Below, one piece after another: positions 48,399 through 58,135 of a stretch of DNA of 64,000 nucleotides. Within the stretch, counting starts at the first letter, position 1; the number at the start of each line of letters is the position of its first letter. Source of the stretch: Planctomycetota bacterium. GTDB taxonomy: Bacteria; Planctomycetota; UBA8108; SXIK01. The notes beneath the pieces were generated by a model. The model had not been told where the DNA came from, ran no database searches, and saw nothing but the letters and a program-made list of their open reading frames with translations. A program made the position numbers and the translations under genes. The stretch covers positions 5,344,001 through 5,408,000 of the forward strand of contig CBDCXR010000004.1 in the NCBI GenBank assembly GCA_965223845.1. Direction: 5' to 3'.

Positions 48399-49673
48399 AT
48401 GTACGACGAGCTCTTCCAATTCGAGCCGGGACGCGAGGGGTACTACGGACCCTACGGCGGCGCCTTTCTGCCCGAAATTCTTCACGAGACGATCGAGGAG
48501 CTCCGCACATCCTTCGAGGAGGCCCGGCGAGATCCGGCGTTCTGGGACGAGTTCGTGCAGCTCATGTCGACCTATTCGTGTCGACCGACACCCATCACGT
48601 TCTGCGACAACCTCACGCGTGAGTGCGGCGGGGCAAGAATCTTTGCGAAACGTGAAGACCTCAATCAGACGGGCGCTCACAAAGCGAACAATGTCATGGG
48701 TCAGGGCTTGCTCGTTCGGCGGATGGGCAAGCAGCGGGTGATCGCGGAGACGGGCGCAGGGCAGCACGGCGTCGCGACCGCGACGATGGCCGCGCGCCTC
48801 GGTCTCGAGTGCACCATATACATGGGTGCCGTCGACGTTGCGCGCCAGCGGCCGAACGTCTTTTGGATGGAGCAGCTCGGCGCCGAGGTGATCTCGGTCG
48901 AAGACGGCACTCGCACCCTCAAGGACGCGATCAACGCGTGCATGCGCGATTGGGTCGACTCGATGGCGACGACTCACTACGTCCTCGGCACGGTGTGTGG
49001 ACCGCACCCCTTTCCGCAGATGGTGACCTACTTCCAGTCGATCATCGGACGCGAAGCGCGCGAGCAAATGCTCGCGGAGACGGGCGCTCTACCGCGCTGC
49101 GTTTACGCCTGCGTCGGCGGAGGATCGAACGCGTCGGGAATCTTCGCGGGCTTTCTCGACGATGCGGACGTCGAGCTCGTCGGAGTCGAGGCCGGAGGCC
49201 GCGGCCTCGAGACCGGCCGACACGCGGCGCGCATCGCCGGCCAGCAGGGGACGCCCGGAGCGGCGCAGGGATATCTCACGCGCTTTCTTCAGAGCGAAGA
49301 GGGCATCATGCAGCACACGCATTCCGTATCGGCTGGACTCGATTACGTCGGCGTGGGCCCGATTCTCGCCTACCTCGGCGACCTCGGACGCGTCCGCTTC
49401 GAGGCGGCGACCGACGACGAGACCATCGCAGCGTTCAAGCGCACGGTCAGACGAGAGGGGGTCATTCCCGCGCTGGAAAGCTCGCACGCGCTCGCACAGG
49501 CTCTCGCCGAGGCGCCGGGGTACGGTCCCGATGACGTGATCCTCGTCAACATCTCCGGTCGGGGTGACAAGGACATCTTCACGATCGCCGACGCTCTCGG
49601 CGATCCGAAGTGGCGCGATTTCCTACGCGCGAAGGTCGCCGAGTACGACCGCGAAGACCGCGACGCGAGATGA
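48399..49673 (+). CDS. trpB: Tryptophan synthase beta subunit
   Basis: YYGPYGG, KREDL..GAHK (PLP Lys), AETGAGQHG, GGGSNA, SAGLDY, ALESSHA, SGRGDKD. Confidence 0.93.
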   Translation: MYDELFQFEPGREGYYGPYGGAFLPEILHETIEELRTSFEEARRDPAFWDEFVQLMSTYSCRPTPITFCDNLTRECGGARIFAKREDLNQTGAHKANNVMGQGLLVRRMGKQRVIAETGAGQHGVATATMAARLGLECTIYMGAVDVARQRPNVFWMEQLGAEVISVEDGTRTLKDAINACMRDWVDSMATTHYVLGTVCGPHPFPQMVTYFQSIIGREAREQMLAETGALPRCVYACVGGGSNASGIFAGFLDDADVELVGVEAGGRGLETGRHAARIAGQQGTPGAAQGYLTRFLQSEEGIMQHTHSVSAGLDYVGVGPILAYLGDLGRVRFEAATDDETIAAFKRTVRREGVIPALESSHALAQALAEAPGYGPDDVILVNISGRGDKDIFTIADALGDPKWRDFLRAKVAEYDREDRDAR

Positions 49674-49755
49674 TGATCGTGCCTCGATCCGCCGACGTCA
49701 CGCGGAAGAATCTAGACCACGAAGAGGGACGGGACGCGCGCCCGATTCCAAACGC

Positions 49756-50529
49756 TTGAATCTCACGGACTACATTCACGCCCGGCGGAAAGAGCGCCGG
49801 CCGCTCGTGATGACACACGCGGTCGTCGGCTACCCGTCGCTCGAAGCCAATTGGACGATGCTCGAGCGCACCGCCGAGGCCGGCGTCGACCTCGTCGAGC
49901 TCCAGCTTCCCTTCAGCGAGCCGATCGCGGACGGCCCGAGCTTTATCCGCGCGAATCAAGGCGCGCTCGACCAGTCCGTCGGTTGGAAGGAGTACTTCGA
50001 GCTCGTCGCGCGTGCGACCGAGTCCTTTCCGTTCCGCGTTCTGTTCATGGGTTACTACAACAGCGTGTACCGGATGGGTGCCGAGACGTTTTGCGCGCGA
50101 CTGCGCGAAGCCGGAGCGAGCGGATTCATCGTCGCGGACCTCCCGCCCGAGGAAGCGCGCGATCTCAACGAAGAGGCGCGCGGCGCGGGACTCGATCCCG
50201 TCCTCCTCATGACGCCGACTAACAGCGACGAGCGTCTGCGGGCGATTGCCGCCCTGGCATCGGGCTTCGTCTACTGCGTCGCGCGGAAGGGCGTCACCGG
50301 GCGACGGACGGATGTCGGAAGCGACGTGCGCGCGTTTCTCGCCCGCTGCCGGTCGGCGACCGATCTTCCGCTCGCGCTCGGTTTCGGGATCAAGACCCCC
50401 GGTGACATCGCCGCTGTCGCGGACGCCGGGGCGGATATCGCGATCGTCGGCACGGCTTGCCTCGAAGCCTGGGAGCGTGGCGGAGAGGGTGAATACGCGA
50501 GCTTTCTGAGGTCTCTCACTGCGCCTTGA
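49756..50529 (+). CDS. trpA: Tryptophan synthase alpha subunit (TTG start inferred)
   Basis: VELQLPFSEPIADGP, MGYYN, DLPPEE, GVTG, GFGI; follows trpB. Confidence 0.92.
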   Translation: MNLTDYIHARRKERRPLVMTHAVVGYPSLEANWTMLERTAEAGVDLVELQLPFSEPIADGPSFIRANQGALDQSVGWKEYFELVARATESFPFRVLFMGYYNSVYRMGAETFCARLREAGASGFIVADLPPEEARDLNEEARGAGLDPVLLMTPTNSDERLRAIAALASGFVYCVARKGVTGRRTDVGSDVRAFLARCRSATDLPLALGFGIKTPGDIAAVADAGADIAIVGTACLEAWERGGEGEYASFLRSLTAP

Positions 50530-50539
50530 GGGACGATCC

Positions 50540-51097
50540 GTGAACATTCCCGAGCACCTCGACCGACGACTCTTTGAACTCCTCCCGGAGAAACCCGCGC
50601 TCCTCGCGATGGATTTCGACGGCGTCTTCACCGACGACCGAGTCTACGTCGACGAGGCCGGGCGCGAACTCGCAGCGTGCACTCGCGGAGATGGGATGGG
50701 CGTCACTCTCCTCCGGCGCGCTGGATTCCCCGTCCTCGTCATCTCGACCGAGCCGAATCCGATCGTTCGCGCGCGCAGTGAGAAACTGGGCGTCGAATGC
50801 GTCCACGGCTGCGCCGACAAGACGCTCGAGTTTCGCGCCCTCCTCCGCGATCGCAAGATCGATCCCGCCGAGACGATCTACGTCGGAAACGATGTGAACG
50901 ACATCGGTTGCCTCCGCACCGTCGGATGTGGGCTCGTGGTAGCCGACGCGCACCCGCTCGTTCGAGACGTCGCCGACGGGGTGCTCACGCGCCGAGGTGG
51001 AAAAGGCGCGGTCCGCGAGATTTGCGAGCTCGTACTCGTTCGTCTCGGTCGCGACCTGCTGTTCAATCCGAGCGATCGCGACGGACACGGGGAATGA
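50540..51097 (+). CDS. KdsC-like HAD phosphatase
   Basis: DFDGVFTD, DGMG, YVGNDVND, GGKGAVREICE. Confidence 0.85.
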   Translation: MNIPEHLDRRLFELLPEKPALLAMDFDGVFTDDRVYVDEAGRELAACTRGDGMGVTLLRRAGFPVLVISTEPNPIVRARSEKLGVECVHGCADKTLEFRALLRDRKIDPAETIYVGNDVNDIGCLRTVGCGLVVADAHPLVRDVADGVLTRRGGKGAVREICELVLVRLGRDLLFNPSDRDGHGE

Positions 51098-51110
51098 CGC
51101 TCTCGGCGCG

Positions 51111-51935
51111 TCAGGTCTGACAGGACGGGCAGAAATACGTCGAGCGATTGAGGATCACCGACCGCCGAATCGTCGTTCCGCAGCGCCGGCACGGCTCGGC
51201 CGCGCGATCGTAGACTTCGAGCCGGCTCTGGAATCCGCCCGCGTCTCCCGTCCCGCCGCGGAAATCGGCGATCGTCGTGCCACCCCCTGCGATCGCCGCC
51301 CCGAGCACTTCCTTTACCGCCCAGACGATGCTTCCCCACCGCGCGAGCCCGATGCGTCCCGCGGCGCGAGTCGGTCGGACGCCCGCGAGAAAGAGCGCCT
51401 CGCTCGCGTAGATATTCCCGATCCCGACGACGTGGCGAGAGTCCATGAGGAAGCTCTTGACCGATCGCTTGAGCGATCTCGACCGCGCGTAGAAGCCCGG
51501 TCCCGTGAACTCGTCGGAGAGCGGTTCCACCCCCAAGTGGACGAGTCGCCGATCGCGCTCGAGTTCCCGTGGGGGCACGAAATCGACGAGGCCGAAACGT
51601 CGCGGATCGCGGAAGCGAAGCTCGCGCGCGTCGTCCAATCGAAACGACACGTGGACGTGCTTCGCTCGCGGCGCGTCCGCCTCGAACAGACGGAGCGTTC
51701 CACTCATCCCGAGGTGGACGATCACGTGTCCCGCGTCGTCGAGCTCAAGGAGGAGGTATTTCGCTCGCCGACCGATACGCACGACTCGGCGCCCGACGGC
51801 GCACCGCCGGAGGACGGCCGACCTCACGGGATAGCGAAGCCGGCGTTCCACGACGTCGACGCCATCGAACCGACGACCGACGAGCTCACGCTCGAGCGTT
51901 CGGCGGACGGTTTCGACTTCGGGAAGCTCGGGCAC
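51111..51935 (-). CDS. mutM: Formamidopyrimidine-DNA glycosylase
   Basis: PELPEVE, RRAKYL, HLGMSG, DPRRFG, GIGNIYASE, C-terminal CxxC..CxxCQ zinc finger. Confidence 0.97.
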   Translation of the reverse strand: MPELPEVETVRRTLERELVGRRFDGVDVVERRLRYPVRSAVLRRCAVGRRVVRIGRRAKYLLLELDDAGHVIVHLGMSGTLRLFEADAPRAKHVHVSFRLDDARELRFRDPRRFGLVDFVPPRELERDRRLVHLGVEPLSDEFTGPGFYARSRSLKRSVKSFLMDSRHVVGIGNIYASEALFLAGVRPTRAAGRIGLARWGSIVWAVKEVLGAAIAGGGTTIADFRGGTGDAGGFQSRLEVYDRAAEPCRRCGTTIRRSVILNRSTYFCPSCQT

Positions 51936-52136
51936 GGGAAGCGGCGGGCGTGGGGAGTTTCGATCGGAGGCGCGCGCGATGGTCGCCCATCGCCGTCACT
52001 CGAGCAAGCCCACTGTCCAATGCGAGCGTGCACTCGGCGATTCCCGTAGAATGTTCGGCGCTCGAGAGTCGAGCTCGCTTTTCAGAAATCGCTCCGCGGC
52101 TCGCGGCGCACTGGCTCTGCGCGAGGAAACCTAGTT

Positions 52137-53093
52137 ATGCGTGCCCTCTGGCTCGAGGATCGCGGGCTCCGTCTCCGCGAAGATCTCGACGCACCAACTC
52201 CGCCTCCCGGAGAAGCCCTCATCCGAGTCACCCGCGCCGGAATCTGCTCGACCGACCACGGCCTCATCGCGGGTCTCTACCCGTTCGCGGGTGTCCTCGG
52301 CCACGAGTTCGTCGGCGTGGTCGAGTCGGGTTCACCCGCTTGGCGCGGGAAGCGCGTCGTAGGAGAGATCAACGCCGTCTGCGGCCGGTGCGCGCGTTGC
52401 CGGCGTGGATTCGGGAAGCACTGCGCAGAGCGAACCGTCTTCGGCATCGTCGGCCGAAACGGTGCGTTTGCCGAGTACACGACCCTTCCCGAGGAGAATC
52501 TGCACGCGGTTCCGGACGAAGTGAGCGACGCTCAAGCGGTTTTCACCGAGCCACTCGCTGCCGCTCTCGACATTCAGGAACAGATCCGAGTCGGTCCGGA
52601 CGACCGAGTGCTTCTCGTCGGCGACGGCAAGCTCGGCCAGCTCATAGCACAGACGCTCGCTCTCACCGGCTGCGACCTCGTCGTCGTCGGCCGTCACGAG
52701 CGAAAGCTCGATCTCCTCCGCGCGCGCGGAATCGCTACGGTGAACGCGAGCGGAGTCGAGCCGGGCGCGTTCGATATCGCCGTCGAGTGCACCGGGAACG
52801 AACACGGTTTCCACGTCGCGCGGTCGGCGCTCCGACCTCAGGGAACACTCGTTCTCAAGAGCACGTATCCCGGAGAGCTCAAGGTCGACGCGACGATGCT
52901 AGCCGTGGACGAGATCAGGCTCGTCGGTTCGCGCTGCGGCTCGTTCGCACCGGCACTCCGCTTACTCAAGGATCGTCGAGTCGACGTGCTTCCTCTCGAT
53001 GAGGCGTCGTTTCCCCTCAGCGAAGGTCTGGCGGCGATCGAGCGCAGCCGGGAACGCGGCACGCTGAAGATCACGCTGGATACGTCGGTGTAG
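52137..53093 (+). CDS. Zinc-dependent MDR alcohol dehydrogenase
   Basis: GICSTD, GHEFVG, CGRCARC..C, EPLA, GDGKLG, GSRCG. Confidence 0.92.
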   Translation: MRALWLEDRGLRLREDLDAPTPPPGEALIRVTRAGICSTDHGLIAGLYPFAGVLGHEFVGVVESGSPAWRGKRVVGEINAVCGRCARCRRGFGKHCAERTVFGIVGRNGAFAEYTTLPEENLHAVPDEVSDAQAVFTEPLAAALDIQEQIRVGPDDRVLLVGDGKLGQLIAQTLALTGCDLVVVGRHERKLDLLRARGIATVNASGVEPGAFDIAVECTGNEHGFHVARSALRPQGTLVLKSTYPGELKVDATMLAVDEIRLVGSRCGSFAPALRLLKDRRVDVLPLDEASFPLSEGLAAIERSRERGTLKITLDTSV

Positions 53094-53193
53094 GAGTGAT
53101 GTCCACCGAGAGAGAGCCTCACTCGATAAGCGCGAACAATGACGACGAAGAGTGAACTCGAAGTGTGAGTGCTCCAGGTGTGAGAGGGTGCCG

Positions 53194-56112
53194 ATGACTT
53201 GGCGCGATCGCACTCGACCCTACGACTCAGGATCCGTGCTATCGAACGCCGCGGCGACACGAGGATGCTTCGACCGGCGCTCCGCGCCCGCGTTCATCGT
53301 CGGCCTCGCGTTCGTATTCGCGTTCGGCGCCAGGGCGCTCGCGACTCCTCCGAGTGAGCTCCGCGAGCTCGGTCGCGTCGTGGTGGCCTCGCTCGAAAAC
53401 GAGACGGTCGGCGAAATCCATCTCGTCGTCTCCGAGCGTACCCTCGCCGGGAATCGCGGGATGCGCCGCGCCGCGCGAGTCACCGCTCGGACCGAGTCCG
53501 GAGAATTCCTCGACGGTTCCGGACGCGGGCTCTACGCGGACGGCCGCTTTTTCATCGACGGCGAGTGCACGCTGCGCGCCCCGCCCGGAAAGGTGCGGCT
53601 GTCGATTCGCACGGGGCCCGAGCACGTCCCTCTCGACGCGGAGGTCACGGCGACGCGAGGAGATCGAGTTTACGTCGAAGCGCTCCTCTCGCGCTGGATC
53701 TCGCTCCGTGATCGCGGCTGGTACGACGGTGACAACCATGTCCACGCGCAGCACGATCGGAACGCAGCGGTTCGGACGAGCCTCGAATTCGCGGCGCTTC
53801 AAGCTCGCGCGGGGGGACTCGCGTACATCACGGAAGCCGGATCCCATCTTTCCTACGCGAACGCGGCATCTCTCTCGCGCCCCGACTTTCTCTTCGGGAG
53901 CGCGAACGAGCTCCGGCCCGGGTGTTTCGCCGGCCATCTCAACACCCCTGGCATCGCGCGCGCGGTCGACGCGGAGACGCTTCGACACGCGGAGACATCG
54001 CCGCTTCCGATCGGAGCGCTTCTCGATCCCGTCCACTCCCTCGGCGGCGCCGTGATCCACACGCACCTCATGGTCCCGCCGCACCAGCTTCACTGGATGG
54101 GAGCGACGGAGCTTCTCTCCGGTACCGTGCTCGGACGCACGGCCGACGCCGTCGATCTCGACTTCGACGGCACGCGACTCCTCTGGTTCGCCGCGCTCAA
54201 TCTCGGTAGTCGCATCGCCGCGAGCGCGTCGACCGACTGCGCGCTCGGGCGGAGACGGACACCGTCGCCGGGCGATCGGCGGGTCTACGCTCGCAGTGGC
54301 GTTCTCTCCCTCGCGGCGATCGCGCGCGCGCTTCGAGCGGGACGTTCCGTCGCAACGAGCGGCGGCCCGCTCTTCGCCGAGCTGTCGGTCGACGGACAGG
54401 GCCCGGGAGGAACGACGACCGCCGGTGCCACACCGCACGAGGTCGAAGCGCGGCTGGACAGCCTGCACCAGCTCCGATTCGCGACACTCTACTGGCGTGG
54501 GCAACCGGTCGCGGAGCTCGACGTGAACGGTGAGCGCGGAACGGTTGACCGTCGCGCTCGCGTCGAGGCGCGCGATGCGAACGCAGACGGCTGGTTCGTC
54601 CTCCACGCCGAAGATGAACGCGGGGATTGGGTGCTGACGAGCCCGGTCTACGTGAAAGGCGCGGCGACTCCGCCCGGTCGAGAGAATGAACATCTTTCGC
54701 CGGCACTCGCTCTCATCGAGATCAGCAATGCGACGCGCTTCATCGAGCTCCGGCGCGAGTTTTTCGCCCACGCGATCGTGACCGTGAGAGAGAACGAATC
54801 CCTCGATCGAGCCGAGCTTCTTCGCGATGGCGCTTCCGTCCGAGTGATTCGTGCCGCGAACGGCGACGAGCGCGCCGGGGGACGCGTTCCCGTCACGGAG
54901 CTCCGCGGCGAGTACGCGCCGGGTTGGATCTGGCATCCAGAACCCGCGCGCGCGCAGCACGTCGCGGCCGATTGGCGAATCGATGCGAGCGGCTGGTACG
55001 CCGTCCGGGCGACGACGCGCGCCGGACGCACCGTCGAGAGCGACGCCGTCTACTTCGACGCCGAGCACGAAACGAGCCACGCTCTCTCCGCGGCGACACT
55101 TTCCGGCGGCGACACGGAGTTTCGCTGGTGGGGATACGGGGAAGAGATGCCGCTCGATGCGATCGAGCTCCCGTTCGAAGGCGACCGTTGGTGGTTTCCG
55201 AAGAACACCGCCTGGCGCGTCGAGGCGCGCTTCGGCTCGCACTCCCCGCAAACCGGCGGCGGCCCCAACCAGTCCGCGCTTCGCCTCTTTCGGCGGCGCG
55301 GAAACGCCGCGCCCGCTCCCCCGCAGCGGCGGACTTCGCTTCTCGCCGGCCCGGCACTCGACGAGTTCTACAGTTGGCTCCATGCGAGTCATCATCGCGA
55401 CCCGGAGCGCGTCTTTGCTTCTCGCAACGGACGGCTTCGCATCTCGGGCGAAGGCTTCGGCTACCTCGGCACGCGCCGTGCGTATCGAGACTACCGCCTG
55501 ACTCTCGAGTACCGCTGGGGTGATCGGAACTGGCGGTCCCGCAGCGGCAAGGCTCGCGATGCGGGTGTGTTTCTCCACGCGGTCGGGCCGGACGGAAACA
55601 GCCACGACGGCGACGGTGCGTTCCGTTCGGCGATCGAGTGTCAGATCATGGAGGGCGCGACTGGTGACTTGATGCTGATTCGCGGGGACGACGAGCGCGG
55701 CGACTTGATCCCGCTCGCGCTCACCGCCGAGGTCCGCGCCGCGCCCGACAGCGACGGCTGGCCCTACTGGGAAGACGGCGGAACCGAGCGGACGATCGAG
55801 ACGTGGGGTCGACTGAACTGGTTCGGAAAGGATCCCGCTTGGGAGGATCGATTCGGGTTCCGCGGGGCCGACGATCGCGAAAGCCCGGCGGGAGAGTGGA
55901 CGCGGCTCGAGATCACCTGCGCCGAACGAACGATCGAGGTACGGGTGAACGGCGCGGTGGTCAATCGAGCGACGAACGTCGTACCGAGCGCGGGGCAGAT
56001 CCTCCTTCAGTGTGAGGGATCGGAGATCGAGTTTCGTCGAATCGACATCGAGCCGCTACGAGCGCGCTCCGGGGGGATCCTGAAGTCGAACGAGACCCGA
56101 GAGTCGCACTGA
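53194..56112 (+). CDS. Exported CehA/McbA-like (PHP-type) metallohydrolase fused to C-terminal DUF1080 (start uncertain)
   Basis: GWYDGDNHVH, GHLN, IHTH, ASTD, ATSGGP, TSPVYV; C-terminal YRLTLEYRWG, RDAGVFLH, IECQIMEG, LQCEGSEIEFR. Confidence 0.7.
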   Translation: MTWRDRTRPYDSGSVLSNAAATRGCFDRRSAPAFIVGLAFVFAFGARALATPPSELRELGRVVVASLENETVGEIHLVVSERTLAGNRGMRRAARVTARTESGEFLDGSGRGLYADGRFFIDGECTLRAPPGKVRLSIRTGPEHVPLDAEVTATRGDRVYVEALLSRWISLRDRGWYDGDNHVHAQHDRNAAVRTSLEFAALQARAGGLAYITEAGSHLSYANAASLSRPDFLFGSANELRPGCFAGHLNTPGIARAVDAETLRHAETSPLPIGALLDPVHSLGGAVIHTHLMVPPHQLHWMGATELLSGTVLGRTADAVDLDFDGTRLLWFAALNLGSRIAASASTDCALGRRRTPSPGDRRVYARSGVLSLAAIARALRAGRSVATSGGPLFAELSVDGQGPGGTTTAGATPHEVEARLDSLHQLRFATLYWRGQPVAELDVNGERGTVDRRARVEARDANADGWFVLHAEDERGDWVLTSPVYVKGAATPPGRENEHLSPALALIEISNATRFIELRREFFAHAIVTVRENESLDRAELLRDGASVRVIRAANGDERAGGRVPVTELRGEYAPGWIWHPEPARAQHVAADWRIDASGWYAVRATTRAGRTVESDAVYFDAEHETSHALSAATLSGGDTEFRWWGYGEEMPLDAIELPFEGDRWWFPKNTAWRVEARFGSHSPQTGGGPNQSALRLFRRRGNAAPAPPQRRTSLLAGPALDEFYSWLHASHHRDPERVFASRNGRLRISGEGFGYLGTRRAYRDYRLTLEYRWGDRNWRSRSGKARDAGVFLHAVGPDGNSHDGDGAFRSAIECQIMEGATGDLMLIRGDDERGDLIPLALTAEVRAAPDSDGWPYWEDGGTERTIETWGRLNWFGKDPAWEDRFGFRGADDRESPAGEWTRLEITCAERTIEVRVNGAVVNRATNVVPSAGQILLQCEGSEIEFRRIDIEPLRARSGGILKSNETRESH

Positions 56113-56162
56113 GCGCGCCGCCAGACGCCCCGTCTCCGTCCGCGCGGTTCGCGTCGACGCCG

Positions 56163-57179
56163 CTAAAACGCCCGCAGCTTCCGCCGCTTTGGAACGGTCC
56201 AGATGCGAATCGCCGATTCCTCCCGCGATTGGAGACCGACCGCAAGTCGTCGCCCGTCGGGTGAAAAGGAGATCGACCAGACCGGCGCGCCGAGGACGCC
56301 GGAATCGGCGTAGGGAACATCGCCGGCGAGCGACCAGAGCTTCACCCGACCGTCGAGACTGCCACTCGCGAGTGCAGTCCCGTCGGGGGTGAAGGCGATG
56401 GAGGTTACCCAATCGATGTGCCCACGCCGAGAGCTCGCGCGAAGTGAGTTCCAGTCGTCGCCCGTCCAAGTGCGAATGGATCCGTCGACGCCGGCCGACG
56501 CGATCGTCCGGCCGCCGGGCGCCATCGCCACCGCCATGACGGCGCCGTCGTGGCCAACGAGCTTGTTCACGAGGGATTTGCGCTCGATGCTCCACACGCG
56601 AACGATACCGTCTGCCCCGCCCGAGACGAGATGCTCTCCGTCGGGCGAAAACGCGACGCTTCGAACGGCGCCGACGTGATCGCGGAGCTCGAATTCCACC
56701 TCGCCCGTCGTGACGCTCACGATGCGAATCACGCCGTCTTCGCTCGCCGCTGCGATGCTCTCCCCGTTCGGTGAGAATTCGGCGTCGAGCGTCCAGCGCT
56801 CGGGACCCGTGATCGTCGCCTCCAGCTTTCGATCGGCAACCGACCAGATGTGCACGGCGCCGTCGTAGGCAGATGCGGCGAGCTTGTCCCCGGCCGGCGA
56901 GAGCGCTACGGACCAGACCGAAGCTCGCGTCCCCTCGAAACCCTCGGCCTCCTCCTCGGAATCGAGCGGCCAAAGCCGCACCGTCCCCGGCCGGTGAAGG
57001 AGCGTGTCGCCGCCGCCGAAGGCCAGCCGGTCGCCGCTTCGACTAAACGCGACCGAAGTCACCCAGCGGAGCTCGTCGTCGAGCTCTCGCCACTCGGCAT
57101 CCGCTCGGGCGTCGGCAAACACCGACGCAGCGACGAAGGGAACTACGAGTAGAGCGGAACGAATCGCCGAGTGCAGCAT
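56163..57179 (-). CDS. Secreted WD40-repeat protein
   Basis: Signal-like N-terminus; about seven repeats of V.SVAFSPDG..L.SG..DG.VRVW. Confidence 0.9.
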   Translation of the reverse strand: MLHSAIRSALLVVPFVAASVFADARADAEWRELDDELRWVTSVAFSRSGDRLAFGGGDTLLHRPGTVRLWPLDSEEEAEGFEGTRASVWSVALSPAGDKLAASAYDGAVHIWSVADRKLEATITGPERWTLDAEFSPNGESIAAASEDGVIRIVSVTTGEVEFELRDHVGAVRSVAFSPDGEHLVSGGADGIVRVWSIERKSLVNKLVGHDGAVMAVAMAPGGRTIASAGVDGSIRTWTGDDWNSLRASSRRGHIDWVTSIAFTPDGTALASGSLDGRVKLWSLAGDVPYADSGVLGAPVWSISFSPDGRRLAVGLQSREESAIRIWTVPKRRKLRAF

Positions 57180-57347
57180 GAAACCGACTCCGCAGATCAT
57201 CTCGGGCGAGCTCGATCGCGCGGGGCGACGAGCAGGCCGCGTGGAACGCGAATACACTGAGCTTGGAACGCATTCATTCTATCCGCTACCCGTCGTGACG
57301 GCACCACTCGCTCCCTTTCGCGGAAGAGTCTTGCTATTCTCACCGCC

Positions 57348-58025
57348 ATGAAACGAGTCGAAAAAGCAGAGCGCGTCCGAACGCAGCTCGAGACGCTCTA
57401 TCCGGATCCTCCGATCCCGCTTCGGCATCGCGACCCGTACACTCTCCTCATCGCGGTACTCCTCTCGGCGCAGACGACGGACGAACGCGTCAACAAGGTG
57501 ACGCCAGCCCTGTTTCGCCGCGCCGCCACGCCGCGCGCGATGGCTCAGCTTTCGGTCGACGAGATCCGCGAATCCATCCGCACTTGCGGGCTCGCACCCG
57601 CGAAGGCGAAGTCGATTCAGCGCTTGTCGGAGATCCTCGTCGAGGAACACGGCGGAAAGGTCCCGGAGAGCTTCGATGCGCTCGAAGCGCTTCCCGGAGT
57701 CGGCCACAAGACCGCGAGCGTCGTGATGGCACAGGCCTTCGGTCATCCCGCGTTTCCGGTCGATACGCACATCCACCGCCTCGCTGCGCGCTGGGGCCTC
57801 TCGAACGGGCACTCGGTCGAGCGCACGGAACGCGATCTCAAGGCGAGCTTTCCGAAGGAGTGCTGGAACAAGCTGCACCTCCAAATGATCTACTTCGGCC
57901 GCGAGCACTGTCCCGCCCAGCGCCACGATCTCACGATGTGTCCCATCTGCTCGTGGGCCGCGTCCAAAAAGCGAATCCGGGAGGAAGCGGCGAAGAGGAC
58001 CCGGCGGGCGCATGCCGCCCGTTGA
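57348..58025 (+). CDS. nth: Endonuclease III
   Basis: LLSAQTTD, HhH LPGVGHKTA, FPVDTH. Confidence 0.93.
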   Translation: MKRVEKAERVRTQLETLYPDPPIPLRHRDPYTLLIAVLLSAQTTDERVNKVTPALFRRAATPRAMAQLSVDEIRESIRTCGLAPAKAKSIQRLSEILVEEHGGKVPESFDALEALPGVGHKTASVVMAQAFGHPAFPVDTHIHRLAARWGLSNGHSVERTERDLKASFPKECWNKLHLQMIYFGREHCPAQRHDLTMCPICSWAASKKRIREEAAKRTRRAHAAR

Positions 58026-58135
58026 CGCGCGCGATCGGACGCGCCGACACTCGACGCTCGAGTGGACTCTCGCGATGATCCCGTCGAGACGACCGGTAAC
58101 GCAGTCCGAAGGGGAAGCTTGGGTATACTCCTTCC

